From the NCBI GenBank assembly GCA_965243205.1, contig CBDEUK010000002.1, forward strand, positions 576,001 through 640,000: a stretch of 64,000 nt of DNA. Direction: 5' to 3'. The DNA is from Gammaproteobacteria bacterium (lineage in GTDB: Bacteria; Pseudomonadota; Gammaproteobacteria; Eutrophobiales; Eutrophobiaceae). The notes beneath the pieces are model-generated. The model saw only the letters and a list, made by a program, of their open reading frames with translations. It made no database searches and was not told the origin of the DNA. Every line of letters starts with the position of its first letter. Within the stretch, counting starts at the first letter, position 1. The translations under genes and the position numbers were made by a program. This document shows positions 50,997 to 61,661 of this stretch, one piece after another.

Positions 50997-51076
50997 GTAA
51001 AAGATAGACTTTGAGAGAAGAAATGAGGACATTTTGAACAAACGTCCATGACAGAAATCGCTAGATGTGCATAAAT

Positions 51077-51511
51077 TTAGTGGGTTTTAGGTAATTTAAC
51101 GATGGAAAACCAAAATTCATCAATTGACTTTATCACCTGAACAAAAGCATCAAAATCAACGGGTTTACTGACATAACAATTAGCTTTCAGATCATAACTT
51201 TTAGCAATATCAGCTTCACTCTCAGAGGTAGTTAATACAACAACCGGTGTATTGGTATATTCAGGTAATGACCGCATGTCCTCTAATACTTCCATGCCAT
51301 TCATTTTAGGTAGATTTAAGTCCAATAATACTAAATCGGGTGTAGGGACGTCAGAGAAACCGTCTGCTTTTTTCATAAAAGCCATAGCTTCTACACCATC
51401 GATAACATGGAATAATTCTATGGTAATTTTACTTTCGGCTAGAGCTTCCTTGGTTAAACGTGCGTCACCTGGATTATCTTCTACCAATAAAACTTTGGCT
51501 ATTTCATGCAC
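51077..51511 (-). CDS. Single-domain response regulator (Rcp1-like)
   Basis: LLVEDNPGD, LLDLNLPK, VLTTS, ANCYVSKP, FWFSIVKLP. Confidence 0.92.
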   Translation of the reverse strand: MHEIAKVLLVEDNPGDARLTKEALAESKITIELFHVIDGVEAMAFMKKADGFSDVPTPDLVLLDLNLPKMNGMEVLEDMRSLPEYTNTPVVVLTTSESEADIAKSYDLKANCYVSKPVDFDAFVQVIKSIDEFWFSIVKLPKTH

Positions 51512-51569
51512 ATTAGATTCTCCATGAATTTTATAACAGTATAATGAAATCTTATTACTAAGGACATCA

Positions 51570-53051
51570 TTAAATCTTAATTGTGAAATGAAATATACTT
51601 CCTGTATCAGGAATAGACTCTAACCAAATTTTACCGCCATGCCTTTCTACAATTTTTTTACAAATCGCAAGTCCAATTCCTGTACCAGAATATTCTTGTT
51701 TATTATGTAAACGACTAAATATATCGAATATTTTTTTAAAGTAACATTCTTCAATACCAATACCAGTATCCGATACAGAAAATTGCCAATGTGTTGCTGT
51801 TTTCTTAGCTGACACATGAATTTTATTTTGGCGTTCATGATCTGAATACTTAATCGCATTATTAATTAAATTCTGTAGGAGTTGTCTCATTTGAGTCTTA
51901 TCTGCTAAGACTGTCGGTAAAAAATCATGAGTCAATTCGCAATTTTTTTCTATTATTGAAGATTTCAAATCATGAAAAATACTTTTTATTAAAACATCAC
52001 AATCGACTTCAATAAACTTTTCACCTTTAGTGCCTACTCTGGAAAACGCTAATAAATCCTGAATTAAAACCTGCATTCGTTTTGCACCATCATTGGCATA
52101 AAAGATAAATTCTTTGGCATCATCATCCAGCTTATCGCTGTAACGTCTTTCTAATAAATTGGTATAACTGCCCACCATACGTAACGGCTCTTGTAAATCG
52201 TGTGATGCGATATAGGCAAATCTTTCCAATTCTTCATTTGAACGCTCTAAAGCTTGTGTTCTTTTTTGAAGAATCTCTTCATTTAACTTCCGTTCAGTGA
52301 TATCCCGAACAATTCCTGCAAACCCTCTCTGTTCACCTATTTCTATTTCACTAACAGATAACTCCATAGGAAAGGTTGAACCATCTTTACGTAGACCAAT
52401 AACTTCTCTGCCTATACCAATAATTTTTTTCTTGCCTGTATTAAGATAATTAAACAAATAACCATCATGTTCTTCGTGATACGGTGATGGCATCAATTTT
52501 TTAATATTCTTTCCTAATAATTCTTTATTGGTAAAACCAAATATTTTTTCCCCTGCCTGATTAATCGATTGAATATTGCCGTATTGATCGATCGTGATAA
52601 TACCATCAACTGCATTCTCAAGAACTGAATTCAAAAATGAAGTTGTGCTTTGTAGTTCATCGATATACAACTTTCGTTCAGAAATATCTCTGATAATACC
52701 AACAAACATACGTTTGCCGTCGATGCTCATCTCACTGATGCCTAACTCCATTGGGAAAACAGAACCATCTTTACGTTGAGCTGAGACTTCTCGACCCAAA
52801 CCTATAGCTTTTTTATCACCTGTTTCTAAATAATTACTGATATATTGATCGTGCTCAGTGTGATACGGATCAGGCATGAGCATTTTGACATTCTTACCTA
52901 TGACTTCTTCAGGGGTATAACCAAATATATTAACGGCAGCAGGATTAAAGCTCTGGACAATACCTTTGTTATCAATGGTAATGATACCATCTAAAACAGT
53001 ATTCAATATGGCTTCTAAATGTGTATTCTCAGTCGATGAATCAACCATCAA
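51570..53051 (-). CDS. Cytoplasmic histidine kinase with two FixL-like PAS domains
   Basis: Two LMPxPY..EHD.Y...Y..TG....IG.GREV...RKDGS.FPMEL repeats; ASHDLQEPLR H-box; GTGIGL. Confidence 0.92.
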   Translation of the reverse strand: MMVDSSTENTHLEAILNTVLDGIITIDNKGIVQSFNPAAVNIFGYTPEEVIGKNVKMLMPDPYHTEHDQYISNYLETGDKKAIGLGREVSAQRKDGSVFPMELGISEMSIDGKRMFVGIIRDISERKLYIDELQSTTSFLNSVLENAVDGIITIDQYGNIQSINQAGEKIFGFTNKELLGKNIKKLMPSPYHEEHDGYLFNYLNTGKKKIIGIGREVIGLRKDGSTFPMELSVSEIEIGEQRGFAGIVRDITERKLNEEILQKRTQALERSNEELERFAYIASHDLQEPLRMVGSYTNLLERRYSDKLDDDAKEFIFYANDGAKRMQVLIQDLLAFSRVGTKGEKFIEVDCDVLIKSIFHDLKSSIIEKNCELTHDFLPTVLADKTQMRQLLQNLINNAIKYSDHERQNKIHVSAKKTATHWQFSVSDTGIGIEECYFKKIFDIFSRLHNKQEYSGTGIGLAICKKIVERHGGKIWLESIPDTGSIFHFTIKI

Positions 53052-53181
53052 AAATATCTTTTTTTGGCTAAATAGAAATTATAGTTGTTATTAGAGAAAA
53101 TATTGATTTTTCTGCGTAAGGCTTACATCAAGCTGCAGTATTAAATGGTGGTCAGCGTTGCAACTGAATAATGATTTTTAT

Positions 53182-54816
53182 CTACGCAAACTTAAGATCT
53201 ATTTTGGGAACCGCAGATAATAATTGTTGAGTATATTCATGTTGTGGATCATACATTATTTGTTCAACTGTACCTTGTTCTACAATTTTTCCTTTGTACA
53301 TGACTGCAACATAATCGGCTAAATATTCAACTACACTGATATTATGTGTGATAAATAAATAGGCAAGATCTAAACGTTTCTGTAGATCACGTAATAAGTC
53401 TAATATTTGTGATTGTACAGAAACATCCAAGGCACTGGTTGGCTCATCACAAACGATAATTTGTGGTTCAACTGCTAAGGCTCTAGCAATACAGACACGC
53501 TGTCTTTGACCGCCAGAAAATTCATGAGGATAACGATAGATATACTCTTTATCCAACTCAACATGCTCCATGAGTGATTGAATTCTATTAAGCCTATCTG
53601 CTGAATCTTTTCCAATGTTATGTACAAGCATCCCCTCTTCTAAAATATCTTTTATCATCATGCGTGGATTCATTGATGAATACGGATCTTGAAATACAAT
53701 TTGTAGATCCGTGCGTTTTTTTCTCAAAGCTGATTTATTTAAAATAGTAAGTTCTTCGTCATGATATTTCGCAGAACCAGCAGTTGGTTTTATCAACTGT
53801 AAAATACCTTTACCCATTGTTGTTTTACCAGAGCCTGATTCTCCAACAATTGCGACCGTCTCACCTGCTCGTATTTTAATTGAAACACCATCAACGGCTT
53901 TTATATGACCAACAGTACGCTTAAAGATACCTTTACGAATCGGAAAATGAACTTTTAAATCTGAAACTTCTAAAATAGCAGCTTTATCTTTTGAAATTAC
54001 TTCTCTTTGTTCAGCATCACGTTTTGCCTTCGTAGGTAATGAATTAAAAAGATGCATAGAATATTCATGTTGGGGTCCTTGGAAAAATTGTTTGCTGTCT
54101 GATTTTTCAACAATTTTACCTTGATACATAACCACCATTTGATCTGCTATTTGATTAGCTACTGCTAGGTCATGGGTAATGAATAAAATACCCATTCCAG
54201 TTTTTTGCTGTAACTCTTTTAATAGCTCCAATACTTGTGCTTGTATGGTCACATCCAAAGCAGTCGTTGGCTCATCGGCAATCAATAAATCTGGCTCACA
54301 AGCCAGAGCCATTGCAATCATTACGCGTTGTTTCATACCACCAGAATATTGATGTGGGTAATCATTTAAACGTGTTTCAGGATCAGGAATACCGACTGAG
54401 TCTAGCAACTCAATAATACGTTTCTGTTTTTGTTCTTTACTTAATGATTGATGTTGATCAATAACTTCACCGATCTGTTGACCACATGTCATGACAGGGT
54501 TTAAAGAATTTTGTGGCTCTTGAAAGATCATGCCTATCTTTTTACCACGTATCATTTTCATATCCGTTTCAGAAAAAGCAAAGATATTTTGATCGTGTAA
54601 CGAAATAGAACCTGAACTAATATTTGCTGCTGTTGGTAATAAACGCATAATAGCCATCGCGGTCATAGATTTTCCCGAACCTGACTCACCAACTAAAACA
54701 GTAGTCTGGCCTTTTTCCATAGAAAAACTTACATCGTTCACTACAATATTATCTTGTTCTTCTGCTGGAAAACTAACCGTTAGATTTTCTATTTCTAATA
54801 ATGAACTCATAATCAA
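53182..54816 (-). CDS. Peptide ABC transporter, fused double ATPase
   Basis: Two GESGSGK, two YPH..SGG, DEPT motifs. Confidence 0.93.
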   Translation of the reverse strand: MIMSSLLEIENLTVSFPAEEQDNIVVNDVSFSMEKGQTTVLVGESGSGKSMTAMAIMRLLPTAANISSGSISLHDQNIFAFSETDMKMIRGKKIGMIFQEPQNSLNPVMTCGQQIGEVIDQHQSLSKEQKQKRIIELLDSVGIPDPETRLNDYPHQYSGGMKQRVMIAMALACEPDLLIADEPTTALDVTIQAQVLELLKELQQKTGMGILFITHDLAVANQIADQMVVMYQGKIVEKSDSKQFFQGPQHEYSMHLFNSLPTKAKRDAEQREVISKDKAAILEVSDLKVHFPIRKGIFKRTVGHIKAVDGVSIKIRAGETVAIVGESGSGKTTMGKGILQLIKPTAGSAKYHDEELTILNKSALRKKRTDLQIVFQDPYSSMNPRMMIKDILEEGMLVHNIGKDSADRLNRIQSLMEHVELDKEYIYRYPHEFSGGQRQRVCIARALAVEPQIIVCDEPTSALDVSVQSQILDLLRDLQKRLDLAYLFITHNISVVEYLADYVAVMYKGKIVEQGTVEQIMYDPQHEYTQQLLSAVPKIDLKFA

Positions 54817-56220
54817 TCAACGAAGGTTTCTTAATCTTGGATCAAATGCATCACGCACTGCATCTGCAAACAAGTTGGCTGGCAAGACCAAACCAATCAT
54901 AAAAATAAACGCTGCAAACAATGACCACCAAACAATAGGATCTCGTGCCATCTCTAAACGCGCACTGTTAATCATATTACCCCAGCTATTCATACTCGGA
55001 TCAACGCCAATATTGATATAAGCTAAAACAGCTTCAGCCAATACCAAACCACTAAAATCAATCACAATGGTAATCACAACGATATGCATGACATTCGGTA
55101 ATAAGTGCCGTAATAAAATAGTCAAATGACTAACACCAAATGCTTGTGCAGCTTGTACGTAATCTATTTGTCTAAGTTTCAATGCTTCGGCTCGTAATAA
55201 ACGACATAAACCAGTCCAGCTAGTAATGCCTAAGATAAGACATAGAAAGAACAATCGTAGATCGGAACGATGCATAGTACTGGAAAAATCCTCGGCATGA
55301 TTAGCCATATAGACTTCCAGCATTAAAATAGCCGCTGCAATTAATAAAACACCAGGGATTGAATTTAAAGTGGTATATAAATATTGAATAGCGTCATCAA
55401 TCCAGCCACGAAAATAACCAGCCATTAACCCTAACATTAAAGCAAATGGCAACATAACTAAGGTTGTTAAGGTCCCAATAACGAGACCTGTTCGTATACC
55501 TTTTAAGCCTTGATAGAAAACATCTTGCCCTACTTTATCAGTACCTAAGATATGATAGTAATGTGATAAATAAAAAGCCCAAGTCAATCCACAGACCATT
55601 AATGCTAAAGTCATAAAAATCAAACGCCACGGTACATTAGTATGATTCGATTTAATGTTTTTAATGGTTAATTCTAATGATTGCCCTTTCTGTTTTATCA
55701 ATGTCACTATTATTAATAATGACATGACAAACCAAATAACCGTACCTATTACAATTGACAGCATCGATTTTAGAAAAATGTCCACTAGCCAACCTTGTTC
55801 TGGATTAGATAAATGTGCGCCCGCAAAGGTTAACTTTGGAAAATCTCGTATTGAGCTACCATCTTCAAGTTCAATGGTTTCTTTAGCATAAGAGTATATT
55901 GCGAAAGGTGCGGAATATGTTTTTTCATCCATGTTTTTTAAATGATTAACCAAAACATCTAACACACTGACAATCTCAGTTGAATATGTCGTCTCATTGG
56001 ATTCATTTTGTTCCAGTTTTGGATGGAAATGAAAACAATCGAGCAAGCCAATCGTAAGATAAAAAACTAGAATAACAGCGCTGACCATCGCTAAAGGATT
56101 TTTAGCAACCCTATGCCAAGGTTCAATCAAATGCTCATGCTTTCTCGCATAGATCGCAAAGGCTATAATTAAACCTAATAATAAAAATACCAACGCATCT
56201 GTAATAAATATCACTGGCAT
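54817..56220 (-). CDS. Peptide ABC transporter permease (OppC-like, extended)
   Basis: LGTDKVGQD, YVQAAQAFG, HLLPN, RDAFDPR. Confidence 0.9.
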   Translation of the reverse strand: MPVIFITDALVFLLLGLIIAFAIYARKHEHLIEPWHRVAKNPLAMVSAVILVFYLTIGLLDCFHFHPKLEQNESNETTYSTEIVSVLDVLVNHLKNMDEKTYSAPFAIYSYAKETIELEDGSSIRDFPKLTFAGAHLSNPEQGWLVDIFLKSMLSIVIGTVIWFVMSLLIIVTLIKQKGQSLELTIKNIKSNHTNVPWRLIFMTLALMVCGLTWAFYLSHYYHILGTDKVGQDVFYQGLKGIRTGLVIGTLTTLVMLPFALMLGLMAGYFRGWIDDAIQYLYTTLNSIPGVLLIAAAILMLEVYMANHAEDFSSTMHRSDLRLFFLCLILGITSWTGLCRLLRAEALKLRQIDYVQAAQAFGVSHLTILLRHLLPNVMHIVVITIVIDFSGLVLAEAVLAYINIGVDPSMNSWGNMINSARLEMARDPIVWWSLFAAFIFMIGLVLPANLFADAVRDAFDPRLRNLR

Positions 56221-56221
56221 C

Positions 56222-57199
56222 TTAGTCTAACCTTATCCTTGGATCGGCAATGGTATAAGAGATGTCAGTTAATATTAAGCCAACGATATATAACACTGAA
56301 CCTAAAAACACCATTGAACGTACTATCGCGAAATCTTGGTTATTAATCGCATCAATAGTGTAACTACCTAGACCTGGAATGGAAAAGAAAGACTCTGTAA
56401 TCAAACTACCGATAAACAAAGTTGGCAAGATCACTACAACACCCGTTAAAATTGGAATTAAACCATTACGTAATACATGTTTATAAAGTACGGTAACTTC
56501 CGATAAGCCTTTTGCTCTAGCGGTTCGAACATAGTCTTTGTTCATTTCTTCCAAAAATATAGTTCGATACCAACGTGTACTACTGCCTATTCCACCCACT
56601 ACACCGATAATCACAGGTAGTAAGATAAATTTAATGGCGCTTAATCCTGTATCGTATCCAGAAATTGGGACCAGATTTAATAGCTTACCAATAATGAACT
56701 GCCCACCAATGATATAGAACATGCCAGAAATAGACATAATAATGACACACAACACAACACCCCATACATCAATATAACTGCCTCTAAAAAAAGCCAATGT
56801 CAAAGCAAAGCTAATATAAACCAATAAACCTAATATCAAACTTGGAACAGAAATAGCCAGACTTGGCCACATACGTTGTGAAATATCATAGCTAATATCA
56901 CGCCCGCTATCAGAACGACCAAAATCAAATAAAAATAACTTAACCGAATTCTGAAAAAAGATTGTATCTGTAAATTTATCAGTGCCAGATACTTCGCTAT
57001 TCCATATAACGGGTTTATCGTAACCACGTTCTGCTTTCCAAGTATCAACCGCTTCTTGAGTTAAGCGCTTTTCGCCCAATTGCATTCGCGCCATATCATC
57101 GGGCGTATTAACTACGAAGAATAAAATAAATGTTATTAGATTAACCCCAATCAATATAGGAATCGCATATAGAACACGTCGAATAATATAACTGATCAT
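56222..57199 (-). CDS. Peptide ABC transporter permease (OppB-like)
   Basis: DYVRTARAKGL, HVLRN, PGLG, DPRIR. Confidence 0.92.
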   Translation of the reverse strand: MISYIIRRVLYAIPILIGVNLITFILFFVVNTPDDMARMQLGEKRLTQEAVDTWKAERGYDKPVIWNSEVSGTDKFTDTIFFQNSVKLFLFDFGRSDSGRDISYDISQRMWPSLAISVPSLILGLLVYISFALTLAFFRGSYIDVWGVVLCVIIMSISGMFYIIGGQFIIGKLLNLVPISGYDTGLSAIKFILLPVIIGVVGGIGSSTRWYRTIFLEEMNKDYVRTARAKGLSEVTVLYKHVLRNGLIPILTGVVVILPTLFIGSLITESFFSIPGLGSYTIDAINNQDFAIVRSMVFLGSVLYIVGLILTDISYTIADPRIRLD

Positions 57200-59343
57200 A
57201 GAATTCGCTCGCGTTGTTTACGTTTATAGGTGTTATATGCAGGAATTAAACTTAAAAATAAAACCAAGAGAATAATAACAATCGGCAGCCAATATGGTTT
57301 ATTCCATTTCGCTCGCAATTCATTACGTAGCTCAGTATTTATAAACTTATATTTTAATGTGTTGTTAGCCATCAAATTTGGCTTAGCATTTTCATACCAA
57401 CTATGATGTAAAGAAAAACCTAAAGGGTGAAAACCCCAAATCCATGGAGCATCTCTACGCAGTATCTCAACCATTTTATTTGTGACTTCTAAACGCTCAT
57501 CACTATTTGGCATTGATTTCATTTGGTTAAATAATGTATCAAATTCAGAATTTTGATAATTAGCAGCATTTTCACCATTTAATTCTATTTTTTTATTTGG
57601 CCCGTATAAAAGAAAGAAAAAGTTTTCAGGGTCAGGATAGTCAGCATTCCAACCCCATTGAAAGATCTGTGCGGTACCTTTTAACATTTTTTCTTGGAAA
57701 CGATTATAGTCAGTAGAACGAATTACTAAATTGATATCCAGTTTTTCAAATTGTTTACGTATCCAATCAAAATAAGCTTTTGCACCTGGCCCTGATTGAG
57801 GCGAATCAAAATACAATACTAAAGGCTTACCTGTTTTTTGATCTCTGCCATTCGTATAACCTGCTTGAACTAACAATTCTTTAGCATATTCAATAGATTT
57901 ACGTTTCGTTTTTCCATTAACCCAATCATAGACATAAGGATTAATACCATCTTGACCTTCTACAAAACCAAATATGCCTGGTGGTATCGGTCCTTGTGAT
58001 GGTATGCCACGACCATTACGAAAAATTGAAATCATCTCTTCCATATCGATTGCAATGGATATAGCACGACGCAATAATCTTGCGCGTTCAGAATCACCAC
58101 CTACGACATCATCTTCCATATTAAAACCTAAATATGAAGTTGACGTTGTTACGGCGGTAATTAAACGTATATCTTTTTCCTTCATAACATCGGTTAAACC
58201 GGCTTCACCACTGGCAGAAAACGATACCGCTTGATCAAAACTATCCGAACCAATGCCCTGCGTATCATAATAGCCTTGCAAGAATTTATTCCAGCTTGGA
58301 ATGTTTTCTTTTTCCAAACTATAAATCGCTTTATCAATAAACGGTAATGACTTACCTGCGTGTTTTAATAAACCATTTGATATATCAGATTCTTCACCAT
58401 CTGTTGGATAGTTTTCTCCATGAAAATTAGGATTACGTTCCATGACCATGCGTTGATTAGGATTGTTTTCAGTCAACATAAATGGCCCTGTTCCTATTGG
58501 GTACCAATCCAAACTGATATTACGTTCTTCCATACCTGCTTGTTGATAAAACACATCTGCTTCCCATGGCATGGGAGAAAAGAAATACATAGAGAGCCAA
58601 TAAATAAACTGCGGATATTTTTCTTTTAAGGTAATTTGATATGTGTATTTATCTAATGACTTAACGCCTTCAAGATTATATTCACGTAAATTAATATTTT
58701 GCTCAGGATTATTTTTTAGAACTTGTCCTAATTCAGACGATAATTCTTTTAAGCCTAAAATATATTTCCCCATTAACCCTGCAATGGGTGAATGAATTTT
58801 AGGATTCGCTAAACGTTTAATTTGATATACGTAATCTTCAGCAATTAACTCTCGCGTTCCAGATTGAGAAAAATCATTCAAAGTATGTATATTTTTTAAA
58901 TCACTTAATGCTAAATCATGATACAAATATTCACCGTTTGTATTTTTAGCCAATGCTGGATGAGGTTGATATTTGATATCAGGGTTTATACGAATGGTAT
59001 AAACAACTTTACTAAGTTGATCAGATGGAATTGTGTCGTCGACCAACGTACCTTGTTTATCATAATATTCTGCTTGTGGAACTGAGGCTGCTGTTAACGT
59101 TGTCAATTCATAAGGGCGCTTTAAAAAATGATACTGCAAAATAGGTTCATATATTTGACCTAAAAAAACATATTCATTGGCACTGTAAGAGCTAGCAGGG
59201 TCTAGATGTTTTGGGCGCTCACTAAACGCATCATAATAAATATTTTGATTTGAATCCGAACTCGGGTATGGGTTATTCCATTCGCTACTCGTGCAAGCAG
59301 TCAATAGAAATCCAGCAATAATTGCTAAGTGGCAGCGATTCAT
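57196..59343 (-). CDS. Family 5 ABC solute-binding protein with lipobox and C-terminal TM helix
   Basis: LLTAC, HLDPA, PIGTGPF, WNADYPDPENF; hydrophobic C-terminal helix then a basic tail. Confidence 0.88.
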   Translation of the reverse strand: MNRCHLAIIAGFLLTACTSSEWNNPYPSSDSNQNIYYDAFSERPKHLDPASSYSANEYVFLGQIYEPILQYHFLKRPYELTTLTAASVPQAEYYDKQGTLVDDTIPSDQLSKVVYTIRINPDIKYQPHPALAKNTNGEYLYHDLALSDLKNIHTLNDFSQSGTRELIAEDYVYQIKRLANPKIHSPIAGLMGKYILGLKELSSELGQVLKNNPEQNINLREYNLEGVKSLDKYTYQITLKEKYPQFIYWLSMYFFSPMPWEADVFYQQAGMEERNISLDWYPIGTGPFMLTENNPNQRMVMERNPNFHGENYPTDGEESDISNGLLKHAGKSLPFIDKAIYSLEKENIPSWNKFLQGYYDTQGIGSDSFDQAVSFSASGEAGLTDVMKEKDIRLITAVTTSTSYLGFNMEDDVVGGDSERARLLRRAISIAIDMEEMISIFRNGRGIPSQGPIPPGIFGFVEGQDGINPYVYDWVNGKTKRKSIEYAKELLVQAGYTNGRDQKTGKPLVLYFDSPQSGPGAKAYFDWIRKQFEKLDINLVIRSTDYNRFQEKMLKGTAQIFQWGWNADYPDPENFFFLLYGPNKKIELNGENAANYQNSEFDTLFNQMKSMPNSDERLEVTNKMVEILRRDAPWIWGFHPLGFSLHHSWYENAKPNLMANNTLKYKFINTELRNELRAKWNKPYWLPIVIILLVLFLSLIPAYNTYKRKQRERIL

Positions 59344-59464
59344 TAAAAATATTGTCCAGGACGTGAGGTTATGTTTATCGTTATAATCCTTATTATAAAC
59401 TTCAGCAGATTGCTGTACAGTTTGACATCGAAAATAACAACAGTTTCAAAAAAGAGGAATAATA

Positions 59465-60241
59465 ATGAGCTTACTTGAAGGTAAACGAGCACTCGTAGTT
59501 GGTGTGGCTAGTAATCGTTCAATCGCCTGGGGAATCGCTAAAGCACTCAAACGTGAAGGTGCTGAATTAGCCTTCACTTATCAAAATGACAAACTCAGAG
59601 GCCGAGTGGAAAAATTTGCAGAAGAAGTCGGATCTGAAATTACTGTCCCATGTGATGTTGCTGAAGATAGCCAAATTCGAGATGTATTTGGGCATTTAGA
59701 TAATTATTGGGATGGCATTGATATTATTATCCATTCTGTCGCGTATGCGCCTAAAGAAGCCTTAGAAGGTGAATATTTGGAAAATCTATCGCGTGAGAAC
59801 TTCTTAATGGCACATGAAATCAGCTCATACAGCTTCTCAGCACTCGCTGATGCGGCACGCCCTATGATGAAAGATCGCAATGGTGCACTTCTCACATTAA
59901 GTTACATTGGCGCAGTACGGGCAATGCCAAACTATAACGTCATGGGTGTAGCAAAGGCATCTCTTGAAGCCAATGTACGTTATATGGCGGCCAGTTTAGG
60001 GCCTGAAAATATTCGCGTAAATGGTATTTCTGCTGGTCCAATCAAAACCTTAGCTGCTTCAGGTATTAAAGGCCTAAAAGATTTCTTAACACGTGTTGAA
60101 GAGTCTGCCCCGTTACGTAGAAATGTAACCATTGATGAGGTCGGTAATGTTGCAGCCTTTATGTGTTCTGATTATGCATCTGCAGTAACTGGCGAAATTA
60201 CCTATGTGGATTGTGGTTATAACGCTATAGGCCTTGCCTAA
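59465..60241 (+). CDS. fabI: Enoyl-ACP reductase
   Basis: [35 protein letters not shown]. Confidence 0.96.
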   Translation: MSLLEGKRALVVGVASNRSIAWGIAKALKREGAELAFTYQNDKLRGRVEKFAEEVGSEITVPCDVAEDSQIRDVFGHLDNYWDGIDIIIHSVAYAPKEALEGEYLENLSRENFLMAHEISSYSFSALADAARPMMKDRNGALLTLSYIGAVRAMPNYNVMGVAKASLEANVRYMAASLGPENIRVNGISAGPIKTLAASGIKGLKDFLTRVEESAPLRRNVTIDEVGNVAAFMCSDYASAVTGEITYVDCGYNAIGLA

Positions 60242-60264
60242 CATTTTTTAAGGAAACCCTCTTC

Positions 60265-61470
60265 ATGGCTTCAAAAGAAACCACTCTGCTCTGGGCGATC
60301 TTGCTCGGAGCAATATTAGGCATAGTTTGTGGCTGGTTTTTTGGCGAAGCCATGGTATCGATCCAATGGATTGGCCAGTTATTTTTAGATGCCTTGAAAA
60401 TGACTATCGTGCCATTGATAGTCGCTGCGGTCATTACCGGTGTAGCATCACTTGGTGACGTTAGTAAACTGGGTCGTTTGGGTGGTTTTACGCTTCTCTA
60501 CTACACATCCACTACGGCCATAGCTGTTTTCATAGGTCTTATTGTAGTAAACCTCATTCAACCGGGTCATGGCTTAGATACCTCAACTTTAGATTTACCT
60601 CAAAATATTGCTGAACGTGATCCAACGACTCTATCTGACATTATCTTATCGTTAGTGCATCCCAATTTAATTGAAGCTGCTGCTGAAACCAAACTACTAC
60701 CCCTGATCGTTTTTTGTTTAATTTTTTCAGCTGCCCTTACAACCCTAGGTGAAAAAGGCAAACCGGTACTCAATTTCTTTGAAAGTTTAAATGAAGTCAT
60801 GATGAGATTGGTTATTTGGTTAATGTATCTAGCGCCTCTTGGTATCTTTGCTTTGATAGCTGCCAGGCTTGGCTCGGCTGGAGGTGGTGAAGCTTTTCTA
60901 CAAGAAATTAAATCCGTAGGGCTTTATGTCGTAACAGTGATACTCGGTTTAGGTATTCACTTTATTGTATTATTTATAATCCTTCGACTATTAACAGGTC
61001 GAGGTTTTAATTACCTACGTTCACTGGCACAAGCTTTATTCACTGCATTTGGTACCGCAAGTTCTTCTGCAACTCTGCCATTAACCATGGAATGTGCAGA
61101 ACAAGCAGGAGTTAATCCTAAAGCAGTCAAATTTGTATTGCCATTAGGTGCAACAGTAAATATGGATGGAACAGCGTTGTATGAGTCCATAGCGGTCATG
61201 TTTATTGCTCAAGCTTATGGCATTGAAATGGATATGACTCAACAAATCATTATTTTTGTCACAGCAACCTTAGCCGCCATAGGTGCAGCAGGTATTCCTC
61301 AAGCAGGATTAGTAACAATGTTAATTGTATTATCCGCTGTTAACCTTCCTGCTGAGGGTATTGCGTTACTACTCGCCGTAGACTGGTTCTTAGATAGAAT
61401 AAGAACCACTGTTAATGTTTGGGGTGATAGTGTTGGTGCAGCGGTACTTGAAAGTCAAATACCAAAATAG
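60265..61470 (+). CDS. Dicarboxylate/amino acid:cation symporter (DAACS)
   Basis: TASSSATLP, ATVNMDGTALY, DRIRTTVNVWGD. Confidence 0.93.
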   Translation: MASKETTLLWAILLGAILGIVCGWFFGEAMVSIQWIGQLFLDALKMTIVPLIVAAVITGVASLGDVSKLGRLGGFTLLYYTSTTAIAVFIGLIVVNLIQPGHGLDTSTLDLPQNIAERDPTTLSDIILSLVHPNLIEAAAETKLLPLIVFCLIFSAALTTLGEKGKPVLNFFESLNEVMMRLVIWLMYLAPLGIFALIAARLGSAGGGEAFLQEIKSVGLYVVTVILGLGIHFIVLFIILRLLTGRGFNYLRSLAQALFTAFGTASSSATLPLTMECAEQAGVNPKAVKFVLPLGATVNMDGTALYESIAVMFIAQAYGIEMDMTQQIIIFVTATLAAIGAAGIPQAGLVTMLIVLSAVNLPAEGIALLLAVDWFLDRIRTTVNVWGDSVGAAVLESQIPK

Positions 61471-61517
61471 ATTGACTACTTTTTTTAAAAAGACGTTATT
61501 AGAAAATAATTTTTTTA

Positions 61518-61650
61518 TTGTTACTTTCTATTGCTTGTCCAATAGAAAGTAACCAAAGACAAAGACACCCGTTGCGATAATGAATGACGAAGGAAACCTT
61601 TAGCCCATGTCATTCGGGGTGATTTTCTTTGCTCATCAAAGAAAAGTACA
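61518..61650. repeat. Palindromic REP/MITE-like intergenic element
   Basis: 14-bp perfect hairpin GTTACTTTCTATTG/CAATAGAAAGTAAC, nested central stems, and a related 9-bp hairpin TTTTCTTTG/CAAAGAAAA. Confidence 0.55.
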
Positions 61651-61661
61651 AATAAGAAGAT

